Of a DNA stretch of 64,000 bases, positions 9,980 through 23,549 are shown piece after piece. The stretch lies in assembly GCA_010093815.1 (NCBI GenBank), contig ML996578.1; one strand, given 5' to 3'. Numbering within the stretch: position 1 is the stretch's first letter; the number at the start of each line of letters is the position of its first letter. The stretch is from Pseudovirgaria hyperparasitica (taxonomy: Eukaryota). The notes under the pieces were generated by a model, which made no database searches, was not told the origin of the DNA, and was given only the letters and a program-made list of their open reading frames with translations. A program made the translations under genes and the position numbers.

Positions 9980-12585
9980 TCAATACCAAGTTCCTCCCAG
10001 CCCGGCCGTGTTTGAGTTGATGCCGGCTGGGTCTTCCTGCGTGCCATATTGTCGGACCATATCGTCCCAATTAGACCAGTTGACCAGATCATCGCCAGGA
10101 CTCGTATATGTTTCATGTCTGAGGTCATCCATAAGCCAATCCATGGGCATAGTCGAGAATTGAGCAAAATCTTCAGCAGCTCTATTTCGGGGGGCCATTG
10201 TATTCGTGTTCGTGGGTGGAAAAGATGTGTTCATGGTTGTTAGTACGCTAGGTGACTGTAGTGAGGGTGAGTCAAATTTAGCTCCGTACAGAAGGGCGTC
10301 GATAGTTGGGAAGCTCTCAATGGGCCCAGTGATGTCCTGTGGTAGATCCGATACGTCGATTGCTCCTTGCGACTGTAGCTCAAGCCGTTCACGAGCCAGC
10401 TCTTTATCGCGGGCTACACGCGCCTTGAGCAGGAGCTTGCGCAACGGCTTCCATAATTGCGCCTTCTTGCCATCTGTAAATGGGCTGGGAAATCGACTTG
10501 CGACAGTTGCTTCAATCGCTTTCCATGCACGCTTAGCCGCTTCACCCCGGGTGCGAGTGCATAGTTCGGAGAGCATAAAAGCAAGGCTATGCCATTGAAC
10601 ATCTGGAACTTTAGCCGTGAAAAAATCATGTGTTGGGAGATAAAACATACATGTCTTGAACAGCCATCCCCACTTTCGTGTGCGTTCCTCAGTCTCCAGT
10701 AATATAGAGTACTCAACGCTTTCCAAGGAGGTGATAAAAAGCTTGTCTTTGACTTCTTGGGGAAGGGACGCACCACCATCAAGCCTTTGGAAGGGGTGAT
10801 AGACGACTAACCACATCTTGGATAATATTAGACGGGAGACTTATGCGAGTTAGATTGAATCTCTGAGTTGACATATGAGAGAGCGACTTACCCGTGGCAG
10901 TGACCCAGAACAATGGAATAGTCATGTCGACCTCCTTCAAGTACGTCTCCTCGAGCCTTGTATGGCAATTCGTGATCCACGTCTCTTTATCTTGAATCGA
11001 CAAGTTGGCGAACTGCGACGGACATTTTACTGGCCCAGGAGGCACGTAGACAATTTGTCGGAACATGTTCGCAACCTCAAATCGGATGATGCAAAAGGTC
11101 ATTTCTGTGAAACCTTTTCGAGACTCTGGAAGTTCTCTCATCTCGGGATATAGGTCCGCATCGTTGACATTGAGTGGCATTTGGGTGTCGAATTGGGCCT
11201 CGGAAATGGTCGGATCCGAGCCATGGTCCTCGGACGACCGTGCATCCAATATACAAACTTGCCACCATAGCCTACGACGCATTTCGATTTCGAACGGAGT
11301 AAGGCTGAAATGCGTTCCGTCACGGTGAAGGCCAATGGTCTGAGCTATACGCACAACAAGTCCGGTCAAGGTCCAGATGATACGCGCGTCATCGTTCCGA
11401 CGTAGAAGAATGAGGAAGATCACAAAGGCCTGGAGGACGATGATCTCCTGAGAGTCCAGAAAGTGAGCTCGAGCCAAAGCCTGCTCCAATCCAAAGCGAT
11501 ATCTTCTCAGCAGTGTATCCCTGGGCTCACCCAATTGTTGTATGCAGTCTGCGGCGCTGAGACTTGTCGCGGCACCTAAATATCAAATTAGAGACGAAGC
11601 ATTTGGGGCTGAGTTGCGGAGCTTACCATAATATATTGTAAACATCAGGGCTTCCAAGCCTTTGGGTAAACTAGCTAGCCCATTCGCAGTGTCTAAAATC
11701 GTCGGCTCGATCGTTGGTATATGCAAGACTTTCACTAGTGCATCTACGTTTTCTTTAAATAGCGACCAGTATTTGGGAATCATGCGCGGTAACGGGTGGA
11801 GAGGAATCATATCGACATTGCTTGAAGAGAAGCCAAATATGAAGTTCTGATGACTTGAAGTCGAATTCGAAGACGGAGATGGATAGTCCTCTTCATCGTC
11901 AGTGGCCTCGTCAAAGATCTCTTTGAGATCTTCAACCTATGGATACGATGGAATATCAGCATTATGGTCATGGTACGAAAGGTTTTGCTAACCTCGCTAT
12001 TCAGATTTGCCCAGAAACTGGTATTTATGTATCTAGTTTTGCCTTCAGTCACAACTAAGCGACCAAAGCGAGCCTCTAGCCCTGGCACAGTGAGATCGGC
12101 AGAAGAAGATACACCATTGCTCTTTACTACGTCTGCTCTTTGATGTTGCCCGGGTGCATCCGCGACCTTGCGCATAAGGTTGAAGCCTTCTTTGTCTTCC
12201 TCAACCTTCGGCTGGGTTGGAGACGTCTCATCGTCGACCTGAGCGCCCAAATTCTGGACAACACTCTCTAATTTGCGTAGTCGTTCTAACAATTCGGCAT
12301 CTGGAGGTTTACGCGCTTTTCGCGGGGCGCGTCCTGGAGAAGGGAATATACATTCAATTCGGGCTTTAGTGCAGTTACCGCAAGGATTTCGCTTGTCACC
12401 TGGATTGCATTAAGTATAAGCATAAAACTGAGGCTGAATTTCTCACATTTCACTTTGCGCTTCCTGCAAGTCACACAAGAACGTGGGTTGAGACCTGGTG
12501 GTGTGTGTGTATGGGAAGGAGAAGTCTTCTGGGAGGGGTCTGGGACACTGTGATTGGACGGGAACTTGTTGGACTCTTCGAACAT
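9980..12585 (-). CDS. Zn(II)2Cys6 fungal transcription factor with fungal-specific TF (middle homology) domain, multi-exon
   Basis: Spliced RSCVTCRKRKVKCDKRNPCGNCTKARIECIFP; motifs IAQTIGLHRDG, EMRRRLWWQV, DTQMPLNVND. Confidence 0.93.
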
Positions 12586-14021
12586 GTCTTGCGTATCCGT
12601 CGCTAGTAGAGGGGATGTTTTTGAGGGAAGGGTGCCGTGTTAAGCTGTGAGTAGAACATGGAACTCCTATGAGGAGGTAGGGAGTAAGAAGTAACTGTTT
12701 CTATGCATCTGGACTCAAAGAATAGATATGGTAGGCTTTTGGATTAGCTTGAGTTGGTTTGTTTCGGCCGATCTCAGCAAGAGATCATCGTGCCATATAA
12801 TAGCCAACATACCTAGAAACTATACCCTTTTACCCCTTGTAAATCTAGGTAGTGCCTCAGCCGCTGATTATAAAGCAGCGAGCCTGAAGTGAGTCAACCT
12901 TCCTGACCGGGATAGAGCTGGGGGGAGGCTTGAAGACTACACCTATTAGGTGTAGTGTAAAGCCTACATCTCAAACATCCAACAGTCAACTCAAGTGAGA
13001 GAATGTTAGGGTCATGTTAGATGCATCCATGCTTCTGCCTATCTCTGCTTGGTGATGACTCATGTAGTATTATAGTTTACACGCATGCCATCTCTACACG
13101 GTATAGCGATCTGCTGTCCCATTCGAGAGAACTCAGCGAGTGCTTACATACAACGAACGATACCTTTGATTCCTAAAGCTACCAAGTCAGGTCTTCAAGG
13201 TCCAAGTGTAATGCATCCACAGAAGATGGTATATTAGGTTACATGCCCCAACCACATGTATGCGCCAATGGACCCCAGATTTGTTGCTGACGTTGCAAAA
13301 ATACTTTCAGAGCTGACCGTCGTTTGCAAAATCGGACAAGCCAAAGGATCTGAAAGAGGTGAGGTAAAGTATCGAATGACATTTCATCTCTCTAGGTTTG
13401 GCTGAGTGCGACGAGTTCTGTAACGACCACAAGCGATCTCGCTTCCTAAGTTATGGCGTCCTTCATGATTATGACGAGTGTCGCTAGATTAGGTACCAAT
13501 GGCCTTGAAATCCACAGCTAGATGAATGAAGCCTCTTGTCGTGCAGGTATCATGCAGAGGAAGCTGTGAGCATTTGCCATTAACTCTTGAGCGATGAACA
13601 CCAACCTCCACCTGCTATTATGGATTATGTAAGACCGACCTACCAACCGACCAGCATTGATTGCACGTGACTACGCGAAGTCCACGCTACACGGTAGGCT
13701 CTATCTGCCTCAGGCACCAACGGAATCAAGGGCGACCAAAAAAAGAGAAACATCATACCAAAGGGCAGATCAGAACCCGGACGTTCGTCACTCTCGATTC
13801 CCTACGACCCCCTAGCCGAATAAAAGTATCTAATGAATCCCGGCAACCAATTGACCGACAATTACACAACTTTTACATGAAATATAAAGGGTCCATTGAA
13901 AACTTTCGGCCTTAGGCAGCTCAATAATAATTCTATCGCATCGCATCTATCACCTCCGCGGTCTTCAATTTTCTCCGCATCTCAAGCTTTGAGCCGACAC
14001 GAGGAGACGCCAAAATTCCCA

Positions 14022-15360
14022 ATGTTCGACTCAATTTGCAGCCTCCCACTGCTCTCTGATCTCAATTGCCAAGCCGTCCATCCTACTGAATCTGTTGTCG
14101 CTGTTGGTCTCGTCAGCGGCCATGTCCAGACTTTTCGACTCCCGCCGGTAGCAAGCGACGCTGGGTCCGAGAATGACGAGACCACCGCATCGGAGAACGG
14201 TCTTGGGCATGTCGACACAGTATGGAAGACTAGAAGACACCAAGGAAGCTGTCGAACCTTAGACTACAGTACCGACGGCTCAGTCCTGTACTCAGCGGGC
14301 ACCGATAGCATCGTCAAAGTCGCAGATACAGAGACCGGCCAAGTGCGCAGCAAAATACGCACGCCCCTCGCAGATCGGTATGCAACACATCCATCCACAC
14401 ATCTACAAATCGTCTCATTTGAGACTAGAGTATACTGATAAAAGCCTCAGCTCCTCCCTCGAATTCGAAGACCCGGCCCTGCTCCACGTCGTCTCCCCTC
14501 AAACCTTCCTCCTCGCGACTGACTCTGCCGCGCTGCACCTCTACGACATCCGCACAGACACCTCGCTCGCCGCCCGCCCCTCACAAACCCACCGTCCACA
14601 CACCGACGAATACATATCCTCCCTCACCCCGCTCCCGGCATCCACAGAATCTACCTCTGGCTTCAGCAAGCAATGGGTCACAACGGGCGGCACCACGCTT
14701 GCAGTGACGGATTTGCGGCGCGGTGTGCTGGTACAGAGCGAAAGCCAAGAAGAAGAATTACTAAGTAGCACATATGTCAGTGGGCTCGCCAAGCGCGGCT
14801 CGAGTCGCGGGGAGAAGGTCCTTGTGGGCGCGGGCAATGGTGTGCTGACGCTGTGGGAGCGCGGTGCGTGGGACGATCAGGACGAGCGTATCCATGTGGA
14901 CCGGAGTGGCGAGAGTCTGGATGTGTTGACGCGATTGCCGGAGGGTGTGACAGCCCGGCCAACGGTCGCGGTTGGGTTGGGTGATGGATCGATAAGGCTT
15001 GTAGAGATAGGGCAAAATAAGGTTGTGGCGACACTGAGGCATGACGAGATGGATCGGGTCGCGGCCATCAGCTTTGAGGCTGGTGGGCGAATGGTTAGTG
15101 GCGGTGGGCAGATTCTGAAGGTGTGGGAGGAGAAGTTTGCGGGTGCGACGATAGTGGACGCGGATGAGTCTGAAGATGAGACTCAAGATACTGCTGTGTC
15201 GAAAAGGGAAAGGGATGACTCTTCAGACAATGATAGCGACGATTCTAGCAGTGAAGAGGAGAAAAAGGACAAGAAGCGCAAAAAGAAGAAACGCAAGGGC
15301 AAGAAGCAGAATCAGACTGGGCACAAAAATGGCGTACTCAGCTTCAAGGGTTTGGATTGA
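14022..15360 (+). CDS. JIP5: WD40-repeat ribosome biogenesis protein JIP5/WDR55-like, one intron near 14378-14450
   Basis: [10 protein letters not shown]..., [35 protein letters not shown]; acidic then lysine-rich tail ending FKGLD. Confidence 0.85.
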
Positions 15361-16133
15361 ATTGGACAGTAATGTCTCTATATTCTTACAGTATATACCC
15401 TCGAAGCGCTGCAACCCGTACCACAACCCCACGATATAATCATTAATACTGTGAGTGGTTCACACAACGGACATCCGGCAGCTACACCTCATTCGTAGCT
15501 TTCTTGGGTATGGTCACGTCACTGCGAACTGCGAACGAATGAAGACCAAAATTTGTCATTGGGAGTTTAGACTACATCGCGCTAGAATCTCTAGGAGTTT
15601 CTAGGTATTGAAAGACCGTCCAATTAGTATAGAATGGCAGTTGATGAAGAAGAATTATAATACCAAGAAAAAAACCCTTCCAAACATAGTGCGTGAGATT
15701 CGTAATGAACCCAGCTTAGTGTGTGCCCATATGTGAGTGTGCCCGACGTCGAATCTGCCTCGAAGCATTTTCAGCTTCTTGACATACGACCGCGGAGTTC
15801 AACTCGAAGCTGGAAGGGGTTGAAAAAGAAAGCGTAGCAAGTGTAAGGGGTTCATGCGGTATGATGCGTTCCAAATCCAATTAAGGTGTAAACGATCCAA
15901 TGATTGTGCCTACATATCCTGGTTTCCGCGAATGTGGCTGCTACAAAGAACAGTATGACAGTGTCGTTGTCGGGGCTTGGTGATGACCTGGCTCGGGAAG
16001 GTAAAAGCATTTTTCAGCTCCACCCTACTGGACTGACAGAAAAATCGCATCCCAGACCTTTTATGACAAAGTCTTTGTATTTGTGGAAGATGATCTCCAT
16101 CGAGGTTATAAGTGTGATTTCGCTTACTGTCTC

Positions 16134-19100
16134 TCATCCTCTGGTCGAGAGATGGCGTTGAGCTGCCACCTTTACCTCCATAGCTTGTCGAACGGAGCCA
16201 GAGAGACGACGAAGGGGTGCAGCAGAACTGCCCTCACTTTCGGAAATCTGCATGTATACGTCTCGCAAACGGGTACCAATGACTTCCATAATTTGCGGGA
16301 CGACTTCAACAATTTCAGGATCCTGTCAGACGTTAGTTTCTGATTGAAGATACGAGATCACAGGAGCGTTAGCGGTCTTACTGTAGGGTCGAGTGAAATA
16401 AGTACGGTATCAAGCCAGTCCAAACGTTGCGCCAGGTTCGACTCTAGGTTGGCGGTCGTTGCGGCAGCAACTGACAAAGATACCAGAGAAGACAGGTGTT
16501 TAATAAAGTTAGGACCAAAACGCATGAACAAAAGGTCGAAGAGCTCGGCCTGGCGAGGCGATTGAAGCCACTGTTCGGAATTAGAAAACGCAGGTCGCAA
16601 TTCTGGAATGTGTAGCACTTACCATGATGGTGCCGTCCTCGTATCGACCACTATTGATCAACCCATGGATGGTATTCAACTCCGAATCCTGCTCTTCTAC
16701 CTTGGGCTCAGTGACGACAGATTCAACTGTAGTTTCGCGAGACTGAGTTTCAATCAACTGTTGTTGGAGCCGGGAAATTTCGTTCCGAGCGTCAGTCTGC
16801 GATGAGCGCATCACCGCCACACTTTCTGAAAGCTCTTGTACCATTCCGATTAACTGTACAATCTTGGACGCATCGGCTTGACGTTGCATATCAGCCTGGC
16901 GCAGCTGCTCAGCCAAGCGATGGTCAGCCTGGCTTGAGGTTTGTTTGACAGTATTGGAGACTACGCTGGCAAGCGAGGGGCCAAGGTTCTGAAAGGAAGC
17001 TGATATCTGGGTCTCAATGGTCTTCGTCACCTTACTGGCAACGAGATCGGAGATGATACGAAGAGTGTCAGGCTCCTGCATGGCCTTGCTGACAAGAGCT
17101 GGCAATGTCGATTTGATTTCGCGTGGTACAACAAGGTTGATCTGCTGGCCTACCATAGCACCCACGGAGTTCGTGAGAGCGGGAAGGATACTGGTCTTTA
17201 CCGACTCCTGAATATGACGGCTAAAAGCTTGGTCAAGATTGTCACTCAGAGTGCTCGAGACAAGGCGCAGAACAGCTTCTTGCTTTGCTCCGCTCGAAGC
17301 ATCCAGGGCGCGCTTGTCGTTGTCGATACGTTTGTAGAGGTCATCAAAACGCTCGGTCAAAGCTTTCGACAGTTGACTGGATAAAGGACCGTCCGTGACA
17401 GCTGGGGCAACAGATCCTGGCTGGTTTAACAAACGCAGAGCCCATGCTGGTGCATCGCCATCAGTCCCTTTGGCAGCTGGCGAAGTCTGTCGAGCGGCAT
17501 TCGCATATGACGGCAATGGTGATGGCATGACATGGGACGTGGCGGGACGAGGAGCAGTCGATGTCTGTGACGCTGTATCGGTCGCGCGCTTCTTCTTTTT
17601 CTTTTCAGACTTCTCAGAATTGTTAAGAATCGCTGCTCGCTCAGCCTCTTGTTTGTTCTCGACCTTGGCGAGAGTGCTGGCACGAATGGCAGCCTCTGGA
17701 GTTTGCGGAACAACCCTTGACGTGCTTGAACTAGCAGTGTCTTTCTTGGCGCTTTCGCGCGATGTTCCTTGCGTTGAAGGTGCAGTACGAGCATCACCAT
17801 TACTAGATCCAATGGTAGATCCTTCTGTTACTGGCTGAGGAGGTCGCAGAGAGCTGACTTGCACAGCGCCAGTTGTCGCTGCCTCTACAGGATTTGTCAC
17901 GCGGAAGTCCTTAGTCCATCCGAGATCTTCGCGATGGATGCTTATCAGACTGACGCCCTTTGAATGGACGACATACAGCTCAAATACTGGCGCATCTCCA
18001 GGACCGTAGCTTTCTGACGTGCCGGCGTGCTCCTCCAGAAGATGAAGAGTGCGCAGCTTACCCTTAGGACCCAGTGAGTATTCACGAATACCGCTCATGA
18101 TGGCAGTGGATTCAGGCTTAGCGATGGTCGACTTTGGTTCCGCGAGATGTCCAATGTATTTCGCTTGGGACATGGCTGCTAGGTTGTACTTGGGCGCAGA
18201 GATGTGAACAAAATAGATTGAGTTTCTGGTTGGGTGACCAACGACCATTACTCCGGACTTTGCGTGATACGCAACAGTGCAAATGGCATCCGATTCATTG
18301 TCGTGTGGTAGGTTCAGTTCCTGGACGGCTTTGCCCAAACCGAGGTCCCAAAGCTGCAGAGTATGATTCTGCTTCTGGCCAACGACAAGGTACCTCAAAG
18401 CGATACCTTTACTTACAGGGCGTTCTTTGTCCAAGAAAAATACTGAAGTGGGCCACGATTTCTCGTTAGGCGAAGTCGTTTGCAGACTCCAAAGCGGATG
18501 TCGGATCGTGACACCTTCGAAGGCGCCAGCTGGATTCTCCTCTGCCGCATCCCACAAAGTTCGAATGTCCCAGAACCTCATCTTCCCAGCTTTGTCCAAA
18601 GACACAATGACCGAGTCATCCGCGCTGAAGGCAAAGTCTTTTCCAGCTTTGCCAGTCAGGATCTTCAGAGAGCGCTCTTTCAAGTACCTCTCGCTGTCAC
18701 ATGTACGTGTCTTTATGTTGGTGTATCTGTTGGTCCGAGCGACCTTAGGGTACACCAAATGTATAGATTTTCCACGGCCAACGGCGAAGAACTCGGGGTG
18801 ACGCGTGCTTGTCTTTGCTCGAGTCTTAAGTTGACCACCAGAGGTATTGTCATCGTGAACGGGAGCGGGTGGGAATATGAACCCAGCATCGTCGAGATTC
18901 TCTTCCTCAAAAGCGTCACCGGATACAGCGGCAACTTGAGTCCAGAAGATGCTACCATTCATACCAGTCCCGAGGATGGTCTCATGTTCCGTAGCGGCAG
19001 ACCCTGGCGCTGGAGTGCATATAGAGATGTTGAAAATCCGTTCCTTCGAACTTGAGAAGGCGGCTCGATATTGGCCAGTTTCCTGACGAATAACACGAAA

Positions 19101-20498
19101 GCCGAGAGGTTTCAATGTAGCATAAGCAATGAAGTTCTTGGAGGCGCATACAAGTTGGCGGTCCATCTGGTCAAAGTCCTTCTTGAGCTTAGCGATCTCC
19201 ATGATAGTGCTCGCGCGGAAAGTAGGCGGCTTGTCCTGCAGCTTGATAATGTCGATTGCTGTGAAAGGGCGCATGGGAAAGTTGTAGACTTTGACGGTCT
19301 CGTCGCCTTGAGACGGGCTGTCTTCAGCATCTGCACTTTCCCAGCTATCAGCAACATTGTCACCAACTCCAGCTGCAGCGAGTTTCAAAGCTTCCGCGGA
19401 ATTTGCTTCCAAGGCTTTGTCCGCGAGCTCATGAGCGTGATCCTCACCAGCACGTTTGGCTTCATTGTTGGTAGCTGCGGCAATGACAGCAGCAGGCACG
19501 ACCTTGCCATTCTTGCCTATCGTTGCGACTTCACTTAGTACGTCATCTAGCTCTTTTTCAACCTGTTGGCCAAGTTCACCAACGGCGTCTGACACTGTTT
19601 CGTGACTGATCTCGGCCTTCGCCGGGCCCTGTATGATACGAACAGGCGAGTGAACCGGGGGCTGAGATTCAAGGCTTGGTACAGTAGTAATCTTTACCCT
19701 GTCGATTTGAGGCTGAGCCACACGCTGTGGTGCTGAACGGCCGTTCCGATTAAGCGGGGAAGATCTTTCAAGCTGATCGAAAGGGTTGGCATAGGTGAAC
19801 ATTGATCCAGATGGAGCCGCTCCGGTGTTACCCAAGCTAGTAATGGCTGGTACATCTGAATCATGTGTAGTATGCAAGGGCTCGGCTAAGTCCGGAAAGG
19901 ACGTGGATGGTGACTTGAGACTCTGAGATTTGCCGAGATCTAAATGACGCACAGATCCAGCCTCACTCTGCGTTGCCGAAGAGCGCGGGTTGTTTAGCAG
20001 CTTCAATAGAAGATCTTGAGGGTTTTCCGTAGAAGAGGTGTGATGAGGTTCTGCTCGAACAGAGGCAGGCGAAGCTTCGGCGGGACTATGCATAGCCAAT
20101 GAAGACGAGGGCTTCTTCATGAAAGAAGCAACGAGATCTGAGGCTGATACTGGACGTGCGGTTGGTGTTGAGGTAGCTGAGGGTAAATTTTGATTAGAGG
20201 ATGGGTGCCGACGGAGCTCTGTATAAGGTTGACGCGGAGGTATCGACTGTTGCGGTTGATTGAACTTCAGCAAGTTCAGCAAGCTCGTCGTACGATCATT
20301 ACCACCTTCCGCGCCTGGAGTGTTACCTCCAGACATAGCTGGGCTCATGATTGCAGACGGGTGATGTGGTTGAGGACCACTGGGTTGAGGCGAGACGATA
20401 GGTGACGAAACAGAAGGTTGATAGGAATTTTGCTGTGGAGAGTCGGCAGGTGTGTTAGGGCTCTTTAGTCGGGCGAAAAGCTCCGAAAGATCCGCCAT
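16134..20498 (-). CDS. EDC4/Pdc1-like mRNA decapping scaffold (WD40 region plus helical C-terminus), three exons
   Basis: Long ORF from MADLSELFARLK; motifs VKVYNFPMRPF, GGQLKTRAK, GKAGKDFAFSADD, KQNHTLQLWDL; two 3' introns lead to a last exon DPEIVEVVPQIM...STRG* ending at 16134. Confidence 0.75.
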
Positions 20499-20898
20499 GG
20501 CGGATGAAAAGGACAGGTGACTCCAGTGATCAGTACAGACGATGTGAATTGAGTGATTGAACGGTGGTGTTTGGAAACGAACGTCAATCGTTGAGGTTTG
20601 TGAAAAGAAGTGAACAATAGCGGTGGCGGTACAGGTGGAGCGGAGCTCTGACAACAAACGACTAGCTTGTCAGACTTAGCCGCATCTGCCTAGCGTGACT
20701 ATTGGCTTTGATGCCTTAACGCCTCAAACCCTTCACAATGACCAAGAACTTTATAGCATCATTGATGTATGGTAAGTGCAATGACTGTCTCGTGAAAGTG
20801 GTTCGATTTTCATTAGCCGCATCACGTATAAGGTCAAATGGTTTTAGCTTATCAAACGTCATGGAATCATGCATATTGATACAATGAATGCGTTAACA

Positions 20899-22414
20899 CT
20901 ATCGCGTCCCCTTCCCCTGGTCCGCCCGGTAGAATTCTGCTACCAGAAATGCCATCTCCAGCGCCTGCTTCTCGTTCAGACGAGGATCACAGAAGGTTGT
21001 GTAGTTGAGACTCAAATCACCTTCTTCCAGTGCGACGCTACCGCCTACGCATTCCGTCACAGCGTCACCTGTAAGCTCAAGATGCATGCCTCCGAGATAC
21101 GAACCGTGCTGCTTGTGAATCTTCAGAGCAGAAGAGAGCTCAGACAGGATTGAGCTGAAATGCCGTGTCTTGACTCCAGTCGAGGTAGAGCGTGTGTTCC
21201 TGTGAACCATTAGTGAATGTCGTCAAATAGCATGACCTTACGTACCCATGCATAGGGTCACACTGCCAGATGACCAAATGTCCGCTGCTTTTGACGGCTT
21301 CTATGTGACCCCCCAGTAACTCTTCCACTTTTCCTTCACCATAGCGGGTTATGAGCGTAACCTTCCCAACCTCCTTGTTTGGATTAACAATATTCAGAAG
21401 GCTTATCAATTCCTCGTTCTCCATGGACGGGCCGACCTTGATCCCAATGGGATTCTCGATACCACGGAAGTACTCGATATGGGCACCGTCCAGCTGTCTT
21501 GTGCGATCCCCTATCCAAATGAAATGGGTCGACGTGTTGTACCATCCCTTCCCATCAGGCGATACAGTAGGTTTAGTGGCATTCGAGGGATGTCGTAGTC
21601 TGCGGGTGAGTGCTTCTTCATACTGTAGAACTAGCCCTTCGTGGCTCGTGTAGAGATCGACAGAATTCAATTGTCCAGCAGTGTCCGCTCCGATAGTATT
21701 CATGAATTTCAAGGACTCTGTAATGCTTCCAACGATACGTTGGTATCGACTTTGCAGATCTTCGTCTTTGACGTGACCAAGGCCCCAGTCCATAGGGTTA
21801 TGTAGGTCAGCAATACCACTCGATAATTGTGCACGAACATAATTGAGAGTGGCCGCTGAATGAAAATAGGCCTGCACCAATCTATCAGGGTCGACAGTCC
21901 TAGCATTGATGTCGAAGCCATTCAGAATATCCCCTCGAAAGCTTGGGATCTCTTTCCCATCTACCACTTCTGTTGGACTTGACCGAGGCTTGGCGTATTG
22001 ACCGGCCATTCGGGCTATGCGCACTACGGGTTTGTTTGAGCCCCAGATGAGGACAAGTGACATCTGAAGTAGCAGCTTAATTTTGGCATCAATCGGCTCA
22101 TCGGCACAGTAAGAGAACAACTCAGCGCAGTCGCCTCCTTGAAGTAGAAAAGCATTGCCTAAGGCTACCTCTCGAAGAGTGTTCTTGAGCCTGTTGATTT
22201 CAGTTGGAGTCACAATTGGCGGTAAAGTCTCGAGTTTCGATAGGGCAGGAAGTGCAGCGGCTTCGGAGTCGTACACTACTGCCTGCTTGATATTCTTCGA
22301 GCGCCATGCTTTCCGAGCGTCAGCTAAAAGGGTGTGTCTCACATGGCCCGGAGACTAACATGAAGGTGTCCAAATGTCCTCGCCAGGTGTGTTGCCATTG
22401 AGTGTGGAAGCCAT
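20899..22414 (-). CDS. aro-8: Class II DAHP synthase (phospho-2-dehydro-3-deoxyheptonate aldolase), two introns
   Basis: LLQGGDCAE, RMAGQYAKPRS, WIGDRTRQ, WQCDPMHGNT, CDPRLN motifs of class II DAHP synthases. Confidence 0.95.
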
Positions 22415-22512
22415 GGCTGTTGAATATGAAGCAGAATGACACCACACCAAAGGAGATCAGATCCTCAGTTATTAATCAGGGATTTTCTTCACTTTTCTAG
22501 TACCAATTTTTG

Positions 22513-22519
22513 TGACTCA
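22513..22519. promoter_or_regulatory. Gcn4/CpcA-type element TGACTCA about 100 bp upstream of the DAHP synthase ATG
   Basis: Exact consensus match in front of an amino-acid biosynthesis gene. Confidence 0.55.
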
Positions 22520-22810
22520 GTATATTTCAAGACGTGCGGGAAGACAAAGTGCACGTGCCAGTCAAGGCGGGATTGCAATGCTATACCGATTTAATCATGA
22601 ACACTAATTAATTAGTGGTTCGAGGGGTCCATATCGGATAAAAGTGAAAAGAATCTGATTATGTGAATACTTTGTGACCCTCTCATTATCACAACTAAAG
22701 TCCGTGCGCTAGCCTGTTTGGCACATCCCGCCACTGCATTCACCACGATCCATCCATAGGCCATTAATTCACATCCAATACAGGTCTGATATCCTTCAAC
22801 CCATAATACC

Positions 22811-23213
22811 ATGGCCGAACCTCAGCCCGCAGATATCCCAGAAGACGCACCCACCGGTACTGCTGAAGACCGCCGGGCCGCAGCCGCGCTTTCTTCCCTC
22901 GACACACACGACGATGCATCCGCCGACAAGCGCGATGTCGATAGCGAGGCGCTGGGCAATGCAATGAAGAACCTGGGTGGTGGCAAACAGAAAGAGGCGA
23001 AGAAAGAGGTTGAGTCGAAAAAGGTCAAGATTGATATGAAGGACGTGAGCTTGCTGGTGAGTGAGATCCTGTAAGGAGGTTGCAGCAGACTGATCGACAA
23101 TCCTGCAGGCCGAACACTTGGAATTGAGTAAGCCAAAAGTGACAGAACTTCTGAAGGCGCATGAAGGTGATGCGGTAAGAGCAATGAAGGCCTATGTTTC
23201 TACGAGCGCATGA
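22811..23213 (+). CDS. HYPK-like small protein with C-terminal UBA-like domain, one intron (23057-23108)
   Basis: Spliced KVKIDMKDVSLL-AEHLELSKPKVTELLKAHEGDAVRAMKAYV. Confidence 0.8.
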
Positions 23214-23549
23214 TGCGCGAAACGCTGATTCACACGGGAATTGCGATAGGAGGCGGTATACAAGTGTGCGATAGCATACGAAAATGCTGCAGTGCCGATC
23301 AAATTAAGCATATCATTGAGTACCTGATAGTGGTCCTCTATAGAACGTGTTGTACAAAAGCGACAGCAGATTGTACAAGTACAAGAACAAAGGCCTATTT
23401 ACCAGAGGCTAGCAAATAAAGCAGCGACCCAGACTCAGTCTCCCAATCACTAAACGCCTTCAATGTTGTTCGTAGTATCGTTACATTCGCCCAAGCAAAC
23501 AATTCATCAGTCATCAATCTGGACATGTACTATTCGCCGAATGAAACCA

